Source: Trichodesmium erythraeum IMS101 (GTDB lineage: Bacteria; Cyanobacteriota; Cyanobacteriia; Cyanobacteriales; Microcoleaceae). From it: a stretch of 32,000 nt of DNA. Of the stretch, positions 16,755 to 24,826 are shown one piece after another. Made by a program: the position numbers and the translations under genes. Below the pieces are notes generated by a model, which saw nothing but the letters and a program-made list of their open reading frames with translations, did not search any database and had not been told where the DNA came from. Position 1 is the stretch's first letter, and each line of letters begins with the position of its first letter. The DNA lies in the NCBI RefSeq assembly GCF_000014265.1, contig NC_008312.1, forward strand, positions 3,180,001 to 3,212,000, read 5' to 3'.

Positions 16755-18029
16755 ATGAAAAAAGCAATCTTAAAATGTTTCAAGAAAAAAATAATTATAA
16801 AGAAATATATCATCAGACTAACAATTTTACTAACAATATTAACTTTGGTTAGTTGCAATAAAATACCTTTTCTGAACAAACAACCACCACAACCAGAACA
16901 ACCAACTTTTATTGCCAGAAAATCAGGTACTCCTGTAAATCCTTTTGCTTTAAATAGATTAGCAAAAGAAACGGTAGTAGAAATTGTGAGTGAGGGTTAT
17001 TTGACTGGAGGTAATAAATATCTTCCTAAAGGTTCGGGAGTAATTATTGGTAGAAAAGATTCTGTTTATTATGTTCTAACTGCTGATCATATTTCTGATA
17101 TTGACGATGGACTTTCGGTGTTTATTCGCAGTGAAAAACCAGGGAAATTAGGAGAAGTATTACCTCTAAAATTTATTAGGCGTTACCCACGGGAAGATTT
17201 GGCTGTGGTGACGTTTCTTAGTTTTACTAATTATAAGGTGGCGGAGGTTGGAGAGGCGAGTCAGCTAGATGATGATAATCAAGTTTATGTGGCGGGCTGG
17301 CCTGGGGCTGAGAATAGGCAGGGTTTTCAGTTTACTCCTGCTAAGGTGACCAACCCACAAGTGGGAGATAATTTGACTTATCAACCTACTGAACCTAGTG
17401 AGAGTTTGTATAAGGGGATGAGTGGGGGAGCGGTTTTGAATGAGGCGGGGCAGTTGGTGGGTATTCATGTGGGCTTGACGAAGGTTGGTGGAGATGGGAA
17501 GGGGGTTTTGATTTCGACTTTTTTGCAGATGGTGCCACCAGAGGTTGAGGAGGTGTTGGGGAGTTCAACTCCCGATGTCTTGTCTTCTTCGAGTAGTGAC
17601 AATGAGGAAGTTAAATTACGACGACAACTGGAGGAGGAGCGGCGGAAGCGTGAAGAGGCAGAAGGGCTAGTGGAAAAGCTAGAGGCTAAACTTTTCAAAG
17701 AGACAGAAGGGCGAAAACAAGAGGGAGAAAAAAAAATAAAAAATGATAAAAAAAGGTTTTGCCTCTGGGGTTATGTTTGGTGGTCGTGGTTCTTGAAGTT
17801 GGGTGTGTGGGGGCTGTATGTCGCTGTCGTCGTCGTAGCGTTTCGTTGGGTCGTAGGGGTGTTTGAGGGGATTTTGGTCTCCCGGGAGCAGCGTTGGCCT
17901 TGGAGAGGGAGGCTTTGGTGGCTGATAGAGTTTGCTTGCTGGGGGGTGGGAGGAATTTGGGGAATGGTGGGAGGAATTGGCATGATTTTTGTGTGGGATT
18001 GGGCTGATGGGTTGGGGGCGTGTAATTAG
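16755..18029 (+). CDS. Trypsin-like serine peptidase lipoprotein with coiled-coil and Trp-rich hydrophobic C-terminal tail (3' extent uncertain)
   Basis: There is a lipobox-like LTLVSC. The triad contexts are TADHI (His), REDLAVVTF (Asp) and GMSGGAVLNEAGQLVGIHVG (Ser). A charged coiled-coil follows (EEVKLRRQLEEERRKREEAEGLVEKLEAKL), then a 91-aa tail with 14 Trp. That tail lies in A-depleted DNA where stop codons are intrinsically rare. Confidence 0.75.
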   Translation: MKKAILKCFKKKIIIKKYIIRLTILLTILTLVSCNKIPFLNKQPPQPEQPTFIARKSGTPVNPFALNRLAKETVVEIVSEGYLTGGNKYLPKGSGVIIGRKDSVYYVLTADHISDIDDGLSVFIRSEKPGKLGEVLPLKFIRRYPREDLAVVTFLSFTNYKVAEVGEASQLDDDNQVYVAGWPGAENRQGFQFTPAKVTNPQVGDNLTYQPTEPSESLYKGMSGGAVLNEAGQLVGIHVGLTKVGGDGKGVLISTFLQMVPPEVEEVLGSSTPDVLSSSSSDNEEVKLRRQLEEERRKREEAEGLVEKLEAKLFKETEGRKQEGEKKIKNDKKRFCLWGYVWWSWFLKLGVWGLYVAVVVVAFRWVVGVFEGILVSREQRWPWRGRLWWLIEFACWGVGGIWGMVGGIGMIFVWDWADGLGACN

Positions 18030-18121
18030 AAGTCTAACACTAAGTCCTTTCAGCCGTCAAGAAAAAAGTTTGCCAAGTTAATTCGATACCTGGCACCCCG
18101 CCGCAAAAATTCTTAGTATTT

Positions 18122-18273
18122 GTAGGTTGGGTTGAGGTCACGAAACCCAACTTATCCCCCGCTGATGTGTTAGGTTTCACTTCCTTGTTGAGGAGCCTAC
18201 TTTAATATTGCCAAAACCAATCTTTCTTAACCATGCTAATGTGTTTGGTTTCACTTCATTCTACCCAACCTAC
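18122..18273. repeat. Three copies of a hairpin-forming repeat family (GTAGGTTGGGTT...AACCCAAC) in mixed orientation
   Basis: Copy A at 18122-18151 has an 8-bp stem, gttgggtt/aacccaac. Copies B (18166-18200) and C (18240-18273) are in the opposite orientation. B and C share the 23-nt direct repeat GCTRATGTGTTWGGTTTCACTTC (18161-18183 and 18235-18257). Confidence 0.65.
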
Positions 18274-18349
18274 TTTTGTAAAATTTGAATATAATTGTAA
18301 TTGTTAAACATTCCCAAAAGCCATCCTCTCTAACCAACCTAAACCACCA

Positions 18350-19639
18350 ATGACCACAAACCAACTTCTAGACAACCGATACCAAATTATCAACAAATTG
18401 CACGAGACAAATTTAAGCACCACATTCCAGGGAAAAGACATCAAAACTGCCACCCATCGCCCATGTCTCATCAAACAACTCAAAACCGATCCCCAAAACA
18501 CCAAACTACAAAAAGAACAAGAAGAAAGATTTCAACAAGAAGCAAAAATCTTAGAAAAATTAGGCAAACACCCGCAAATACCAGATTCATACGCCTATTT
18601 TTCTGTAAATAATCAATTTTATTTAGTTCAAGAATGGATAGCAGGATGTAACCTAGAAGAAAAACTTCAACAACAGGGCAAACTAACAGAAACAGAGGTC
18701 AAAAATATACTAATAAAATTATTGCCAGTCCTAGAATTTATTCATCACCAACACAAAATAATTCACCGAGATATTAAACCAACTAATATTATGCTGAACT
18801 CCGAAAACTTACCCATATTAATTGACTTCGGCATAGTCAAAAAAATAGTCACTTCAATAAACCCTCAAATCCCAAATACCTTAAAAATAGGAACTCCCGA
18901 CTTTGTCTCTCCCGAACAAATATTAGGAGAACCAACCTTTGCCAGCGATATATATAGTTTAGGCACTACAGCAATTTATCTCTTAACAGGAGAAATACCC
19001 AAAAATAAATATTCCTGGCATTCAAACCTACCAAATATTAGCCCAGAATTTGCCAATATTTTAGATAAATCTATAGAAGAAAAATTGAGCGATCGCTATC
19101 AAAGCGCCAAAGAAATGTTAACGGCAATAAAAAGCAGCAAAACATCTTATTCGAGCTCCAAAACCAAACTGCAAATTACCAAAACCCCATCATCTCTACA
19201 ACCAACTCAAAAAATTTCCCCCGTAACTTTAACAAGCCCAAAAAATAATCAGTGGTTAAAAATCGGAATAGTCGCCATTATCGTAGGAATTATCAGCACA
19301 GGAACATACATTTTTTACAATAACAAAAACCAAACCCAGTCAACCTTATATGCAGCAACTGAAAAAGCAGAAAAAGTAATTACAAAAGCCAAAAAAGCCA
19401 CAGAAAAAAACGAATTAGAAATTGCCAGAAACCAATTAGAAATCGCAATTCAAGAATTAGAAAATATTCCCCAAAACCCAGAAATTAATAATCAAATTCA
19501 AACCAAAAAATCAGAGTATCTAAAAACAATGAACCAAATAAATCTGGCATTAAAAAAACAACCCTGTTATGAACTATTGTGGCAAAAAGATAATTGCCAA
19601 AAATACCCAATTAAATTAGACAATAGTAGTTTTGATTGA
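18350..19639 (+). CDS. Membrane-anchored Hanks-type Ser/Thr protein kinase (glycine-rich loop degenerate)
   Basis: HRDIKPTNIML, DFG and GTPDFVSPEQ are present, with candidate Lys (CLIKQL) and Glu (QQEAKILEKL). A TM segment WLKIGIVAIIVGIISTGTYIFY is followed by about 110 aa of helical C-terminal region. The expected GxGxxG position reads HETNLS. Confidence 0.9.
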   Translation: MTTNQLLDNRYQIINKLHETNLSTTFQGKDIKTATHRPCLIKQLKTDPQNTKLQKEQEERFQQEAKILEKLGKHPQIPDSYAYFSVNNQFYLVQEWIAGCNLEEKLQQQGKLTETEVKNILIKLLPVLEFIHHQHKIIHRDIKPTNIMLNSENLPILIDFGIVKKIVTSINPQIPNTLKIGTPDFVSPEQILGEPTFASDIYSLGTTAIYLLTGEIPKNKYSWHSNLPNISPEFANILDKSIEEKLSDRYQSAKEMLTAIKSSKTSYSSSKTKLQITKTPSSLQPTQKISPVTLTSPKNNQWLKIGIVAIIVGIISTGTYIFYNNKNQTQSTLYAATEKAEKVITKAKKATEKNELEIARNQLEIAIQELENIPQNPEINNQIQTKKSEYLKTMNQINLALKKQPCYELLWQKDNCQKYPIKLDNSSFD

Positions 19640-19868
19640 AGATAAAATTGAGAACTAAAGATACAAAAATTGACAACCTTGATCAGATATTTTCAGGGAT
19701 AAATTAAACAAGTAAAATAAACAAGCAAAACCTTATCCTTACAGTCTAACATTTAGAACTTGCAAATTATCAGCACCCGTTCTACAACACTCTCAGCAAA
19801 ATATTAGAATGAGGAAATATTAGACGAGCGATCGCCTTTATAAGCCCTATTACCACAAACAAAACATT

Positions 19869-19896
19869 GTAGGGACAGTCATAAGAATGTCCCTAC
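19869..19896. terminator. Perfect 9-bp stem hairpin between the convergent kinase and S9 peptidase genes
   Basis: gtagggaca (19869-19877) and tgtccctac (19888-19896) flank a 10-nt loop. There is no clear U-tract, so a terminator function is only inferred from position. Confidence 0.4.
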
Positions 19897-19941
19897 TATA
19901 GCCTACCCAAATAAAAGATATCTACTCAACTAAAAATGATA

Positions 19942-21834
19942 CTACTTAACCACACCAGAGTGCCCATCTATAGAACCCGCCGGTTCAAATTTTCCACCTA
20001 AGTATTTTGCCAAAAATTCCTCAGCGATCGCATAAAAATGTAAACGGTTTTCTGGGCGTGCAAAACCATGACCTTCATCTTCATATAAAACATATTCTAC
20101 AGGCTTACCAGCATCCTTCATAGCCTGAACAATTTGTTCACTTTCTGACTCCTTCACCCGTGGGTCATTTGCTCCTTGGCCAATTAACAAAGGTTTCTGA
20201 ATTTTATCCACAAAAAACAGAGGCGATCGCGACCTTAAAAACTCTGGCTCTGTTTCAATATCTCCCATACGATGACTAAAAACCCTCTTCAGAGGTTTCC
20301 AATAAGGTGGAATAGTTTCCATTAAAGTGATCAAATTACTAGGTCCGACAATATCAACACCAGCAGCAAAGACTTCCGGAGTAAAAGTTAACCCTACTAA
20401 AGTTGAATAACCACCATAAGAACCACCCATAATAGCAATTTCATCCTTGTTAGCGATACCCTTTTCAACTAGCCAGTTAACTCCATCAATGAGATCATCA
20501 TGCATTTTCGCTCCCCACTCCCGGTTACCAGCATTGAGAAAGTCTTTACCATAACCAGTTGAACCGCGGAAATTAACTTGCAACACCACATAACCCCGGT
20601 TAGCCAACCATTGAGCTTGCCCTTTATAACCCCAAGTATCCCGAGCCCAAGGTCCTCCATGAACTAAAAGCACTGCTGCAGTTGGAGTAGAAACCCCCAC
20701 AGGTTTAGTCAAATATCCATGAATAGTTAAACCATCCCTAGCAACATAGGAAATAGGTTCCATAGGAGCCAACTGTAAACCTTCTAGTTTTGGTTGGTTC
20801 GTAAACAAAAAAGTTGTAGTTTTAGCAGTACGGTCGTAGGCATAATAATAAACTGGTCCGTCATCAGTGAAATAAGCTACTAACCAGTTAAGATCCTGAA
20901 GAGTCCGGTCTACGATGCGAAACTCCCCTTTATGAGCTGCTTTCAGAAATTCAAAATCTGCAGTAATGCTATCGTCCAGAACTTGCCATTCTAGCTTATC
21001 TTTGTAGAAACCTACTGCTTGAATAGTACGAGTTGTAGGATGAGTTATGATGCCACTAATATCATATTGGGAGTCTTCAGCAATTACTTTTTCTTGACCA
21101 TCTCTAAGGTCTAGAGCAAGTAGACGTTGAGCATTAGCATCATGGTTACCCGATATATAGAGAATATTCCCATCATCGGAGAAGAGAACCGGACCACCTT
21201 GTTCATCAGGTCCCCAATGACGCAAAGTTTCCCATGGTTTTTCTGTAGTTTCCCGATAAAATAAATTAGAACCTCGATCCTCAGTGCTGGCGATCGCTGC
21301 CCGGACTTGAAATTGAGCATCAGCAGTCCAACCAACAATATTACCTGGGTTCTGGGTATCAAATTCTACTGCACCATTATTAAGATCAATGCGGTAAACA
21401 TCAAAACTTTGGGGGTTTTTTAGATTCATTCCCACCAATATTTGGTCGGGAAAACAATGATCTAAATTTACTATTTGCGCTTTAACTCCTTGGAATGGGG
21501 TCAGGTCGCGCACTATGTTTGATTGAATATTTACTTGATAAAGATGAAAGTTTTCGTCACCACCAGCATCTTGGAGGTATATCAGTTGGTCTGGCTTGTA
21601 AGTCCAAAGATACATACGAATGCCTCGTTTTTGGTCAGCAGTAACTTGGCGATCGTCTTGTTTACCAATAGTTTGTACCCATACTTGCAAAACGTTTTTA
21701 TCATCTGGGGCGATGTAGGCAAGATATTTTCCATCGGGGGAAATTTTTGGTTTAGTACGTTCAGGGTTCCCAAATAAAATTTCACGAGGAATGAGAGGTG
21801 TGAGTTGAGCCGTAGTTTTTTCTTTGCTGGTCAT
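19942..21834 (-). CDS. S9 family serine peptidase (prolyl oligopeptidase / dipeptidyl aminopeptidase-like)
   Basis: The 630-aa ORF has an N-terminal beta-propeller-like region and a C-terminal alpha/beta hydrolase domain. The triad contexts are GGSYGGY (Ser), GANDPRV (Asp) and DEGHGF (His). Confidence 0.9.
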   Translation of the reverse strand: MTSKEKTTAQLTPLIPREILFGNPERTKPKISPDGKYLAYIAPDDKNVLQVWVQTIGKQDDRQVTADQKRGIRMYLWTYKPDQLIYLQDAGGDENFHLYQVNIQSNIVRDLTPFQGVKAQIVNLDHCFPDQILVGMNLKNPQSFDVYRIDLNNGAVEFDTQNPGNIVGWTADAQFQVRAAIASTEDRGSNLFYRETTEKPWETLRHWGPDEQGGPVLFSDDGNILYISGNHDANAQRLLALDLRDGQEKVIAEDSQYDISGIITHPTTRTIQAVGFYKDKLEWQVLDDSITADFEFLKAAHKGEFRIVDRTLQDLNWLVAYFTDDGPVYYYAYDRTAKTTTFLFTNQPKLEGLQLAPMEPISYVARDGLTIHGYLTKPVGVSTPTAAVLLVHGGPWARDTWGYKGQAQWLANRGYVVLQVNFRGSTGYGKDFLNAGNREWGAKMHDDLIDGVNWLVEKGIANKDEIAIMGGSYGGYSTLVGLTFTPEVFAAGVDIVGPSNLITLMETIPPYWKPLKRVFSHRMGDIETEPEFLRSRSPLFFVDKIQKPLLIGQGANDPRVKESESEQIVQAMKDAGKPVEYVLYEDEGHGFARPENRLHFYAIAEEFLAKYLGGKFEPAGSIDGHSGVVK

Positions 21835-22235
21835 TTGTAGTTATCACCTTATTAGTTATTAGCGTATTAGTTATCAGGAGCTTTGACTGCAGCCAAGCCA
21901 CATAGAAATACTGATTTAATTTTCATTTGTAACTGTATTTAAAGCTCCTATTATTTGAGGAGCTTTAAGTATAGATAGGGCTATTGAGTTAGTACAAACC
22001 ATGTACTTTTTTATTACTTATTATCCAGACATCATATTATACTGTTTCTAAATCATTCTATGTGATCTAAAAGTTAATTTTTGTATAAACATATTTTAGG
22101 GACAAATAGTCCTGAAACGGCTTGAGCCATTTTTTTTTGATAGTTAGTATTAAATAGATTTTACTTTGATATTCTACTTTACAATTTGTAATATTTACAT
22201 ACAATAGAAGTAGTGTAAACCTACCTTGACTTTTT

Positions 22236-22901
22236 ATGTTATTAGAAGCTAAACAACGTACAAAATTAGATAATTCTGACGATAGTTTATTTTATTCTAT
22301 TCCCAGGTTTGTCACCCATGTGGATGAAGGGTTTATTGACCAGTTGACCAATTTATATCGCGATCGCCTCAAACCTAATACTCGAATTTTTGATATGATG
22401 GGTAGCTGGGTTTCTCATTTACCAGAAAAGGTAGAATTTGCTCATGTTGAAGGACATGGTATGAATGAGGAAGAGTTGGCCAAAAATCGCCAATTAAACC
22501 ATTACTTTGTTCATAATTTTAATCAGGACTTAAAAATACCTTTACCAGACAAAGATTTTGATGCTGTGCTCAACTGTGCCTCAATTCAATATTTGCAATA
22601 TCCTGATGCTATATTTTATGAAATTCATCGTATTCTTAAACCTGGTGGTATAGCAATTATTAGTTTTTCTAATCGGATGTTTTATGATAAAGCGATCGCT
22701 GCTTGGCGAGATAATTCAGAAGAGGGAAGAGTAGAGCTAGTTAAGAGTTATTTTGAGTCTGTAAAAAATGCCAATGGTCTTCCAGGTTTTAGTCAAGTAG
22801 AAGTAATTTCTCAAAAGTCAAATGTGCCAAGTTTTTTGCAGGCCTTAGGTTTAGGAGGAGGGGATCCTTTTTATGCTGTAATTGCTTATCGTCAGTTTTA
22901 A
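22236..22901 (+). CDS. Class I SAM-dependent methyltransferase-like protein
   Basis: The 221-aa ORF has FDAVLNCASIQYL and ILKPGGIAIISFSN, typical of the type-11 methyltransferase fold. Motif I is atypical (RIFDMMGSW). Confidence 0.7.
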   Translation: MLLEAKQRTKLDNSDDSLFYSIPRFVTHVDEGFIDQLTNLYRDRLKPNTRIFDMMGSWVSHLPEKVEFAHVEGHGMNEEELAKNRQLNHYFVHNFNQDLKIPLPDKDFDAVLNCASIQYLQYPDAIFYEIHRILKPGGIAIISFSNRMFYDKAIAAWRDNSEEGRVELVKSYFESVKNANGLPGFSQVEVISQKSNVPSFLQALGLGGGDPFYAVIAYRQF

Positions 22902-23344
22902 TATTAGGTTATAAGTAGTCGGACAAAAGTTTTAGTATCTGTATGAGTTGTGGTCAAAATAGCATAAACTCCTTGTGGAATCACAGTTAGCGTTATATTT
23001 GTATTTTTAATACATAAAGAGTTGTTGATTTGTGTCCCACTACTTAGGTTTTAGGTAGTAGCTAGTAAATTAAATAAGTATTTTTTCTGAGTAAAAATTA
23101 TTTTTTTTTACTATATTTTCTCCACTACCTAATACCCATTCTCTGCATTTTTTTTGATGATATAATTTTTCAAACAAACTAAAATATCAATTCAATGAAT
23201 CTAAAATAATCAAAAAAATAAAAAAAACATGATATCAAACCATGTAAAAAATAATTTATGATTATATTATTTATAGTCAGATTAAACTTGTGATTTTAAT
23301 TAAAATAAAAATTATCAATATGGTATAAAAAGAAATAGTAACTA

Positions 23345-24736
23345 TTGTCAATTGCTAACTGTAAAAACAACAATTTTACTCAGAAAATTAATTTAATCAA
23401 AGTGATTTCAAAAGAAAATAGACTTAACATACAAGAACTAGAAACTATTGTTGGCAAAGACAACATTAATTTATGGGAAAATATAGACCCAACAAAACAA
23501 CAACAGATCTCACAGGCGATCGCTCCCAATAACATTATTAACTGTATCATTTATCCAGAAACTCAAGCACAACTATCTGATGTAGTTGCTTACTGCGCCC
23601 AAAATAACTGTGTCATATTACCTTGTGGTAGTGGTAGTAAACTTCATTGGGGAGGTTTATTAAAAGTAGATCCAACTACTCACCACCAAAAAATAATAGT
23701 AGTCAGTTGTGCTCGCCTCAACCGTCTCATCGAACATGCTGTCGGTGACTTAACCGTTACCGTGGAACCAGGAATAAAATATGCAGAACTACAAGCAACC
23801 CTGGCAAAAGTCGGACAATTTCTAGCTATCGACCCGGCCTACTCAGAAAGTGCAACTCTTGGCGGTATTATTGCCACTGCTGACACTGGTTCCATACGTC
23901 AACGCTACCGGGGTGTACGAGATATGTTACTAGGTATTAGTTTCGTGCGTTCAGATGGAAAAATTGCCAAAGGAGGAGGACGAGTAGTTAAAAACGTTGC
24001 AGGCTACGACCTAATGAAATTATTTACAGGTTCTTATGGCACATTAGGTATTATTAGTCAACTTACTTTCAGAGTTTATCCCATACAAGAAGCATCTGGA
24101 ACTGTTGTTTTAGTAGGAGAAAAAAATAACATTGCTAAAGCAACTCAAACTTTATTATCTTCTGCATTAACACCTGTTGCTGTTGACTTACTTTCAATGA
24201 ATTTAGTTCAAGAATTAGACTTAGGCAAAGGGGTGGGATTAATAGTAAGATTTCAAACTGTAATAGATAGTGTGAAAGAGCAATCAAAGAAATTATTAGA
24301 AGTAGGAAATAGTTTAGAATTAAACTCCACTTATTATCACGATGACGAAGCAGAATTATGGAATAAATTAAAACAGAAAATTTGCCATGTTCACGGAAAT
24401 ACAAAAATCACTTGTAAAATAGGAGTAATACCTAACAGAGCCGTAGAAACTTTAAGTAAACCAGCTCTAGAAAAAAATTTGGGATTAATTCATGGAGGAA
24501 GTGGTTTAGGAAAATTAAGCTTTAATTCTATTACCCCTGAAACTCTTCTAGAATTAAGGCAATGGTGTGAATCTCAAGGTGGATTTCTGACAGTTTTAGC
24601 AGCACCATTAGAGATAAAACAAAAACTTGACGTTTGGGGTTATAATCAAAATGCTCTTGATATGATGCGTCGAATTAAACAAAAATTTGACCCCAAAAAT
24701 ATTCTTAATCCCCATTCTTTTGTTGGTGGAATTTAA
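23345..24736 (+). CDS. glcE: Glycolate oxidase/dehydrogenase FAD-binding subunit GlcE-like
   Basis: The FAD-binding PCMH-type pattern is PCGSGSKLHWGG, VEPGIKYAELQ, GGIIATADTGS, RYRGVRDMLLGISFVRSDG, VKNVAGYDLMKLFTGSYGTLG and a C-terminal KQKFDPKNILNP. The track start is a TTG and no ATG occurs in the first about 190 codons, so the true start is uncertain. Confidence 0.8.
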   Translation: MSIANCKNNNFTQKINLIKVISKENRLNIQELETIVGKDNINLWENIDPTKQQQISQAIAPNNIINCIIYPETQAQLSDVVAYCAQNNCVILPCGSGSKLHWGGLLKVDPTTHHQKIIVVSCARLNRLIEHAVGDLTVTVEPGIKYAELQATLAKVGQFLAIDPAYSESATLGGIIATADTGSIRQRYRGVRDMLLGISFVRSDGKIAKGGGRVVKNVAGYDLMKLFTGSYGTLGIISQLTFRVYPIQEASGTVVLVGEKNNIAKATQTLLSSALTPVAVDLLSMNLVQELDLGKGVGLIVRFQTVIDSVKEQSKKLLEVGNSLELNSTYYHDDEAELWNKLKQKICHVHGNTKITCKIGVIPNRAVETLSKPALEKNLGLIHGGSGLGKLSFNSITPETLLELRQWCESQGGFLTVLAAPLEIKQKLDVWGYNQNALDMMRRIKQKFDPKNILNPHSFVGGI

Positions 24737-24826
24737 AAGTATCAGTGGGGTGTATTATCTACTTTTTTTATACAAACTTGCTTGATATATTAAAAAGATA
24801 ATTGCATTATTTCAGCTATTTTTTAG

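Noticed and set aside
17265-17983. Three minus-strand ORFs (17265-17468, 17465-17698, 17771-17983) antisense to the protease gene.
   Set aside because: The + strand is A-depleted here, so the minus strand is T-depleted and cannot form stop codons. The ORFs are Pro/Thr/Ser/Gln-rich low-complexity products of composition, while the sense frame carries a recognisable protease domain.
18275-18315. dif-like XerC/D site in the AT-rich stretch tttgtaaaatttgaatataattgtaattgttaaacatt at the skew flip.
   Set aside because: I could not fit an 11-6-11 imperfect palindrome resembling known dif consensus sequences. There is only loose similarity to TTATGTTAAAT-type arms. The skew is local, not chromosome-wide within this window.
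17755-18420. Possible inverted repeat between the protease tail and the kinase 5' end. Examples are cttgaagttgggtgtgtgg versus the reverse complement ctagaagttggtttgtgg, and ttggagagggaggctttgg versus ttagagaggatggcttttgg.
   Set aside because: The matches are short (about 16/19 and 16/22). They are not collinear, with spacing of about 105 nt versus about 30 nt. Such matches are expected by chance between two low-complexity G/T-rich strings. A dot plot with composition-corrected statistics would be needed to revive this.
18304-18504. Minus-strand 66-aa ORF overlapping the kinase start, with a Trp/Gly/Val-rich product.
   Set aside because: This is the same compositional artefact as above: the antisense of A/C-rich DNA is G/T-rich and poor in stop codons. 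Kinase motifs on the + strand are unambiguous.
16755-19639. Diversity-generating retroelement (DGR) acting on the protease and kinase genes.
   Set aside because: There is no reverse transcriptase gene and no template/variable repeat pair in the window. The bias spans whole genes and affects A/G and C/T symmetrically, rather than showing adenine-specific variation in a short VR.
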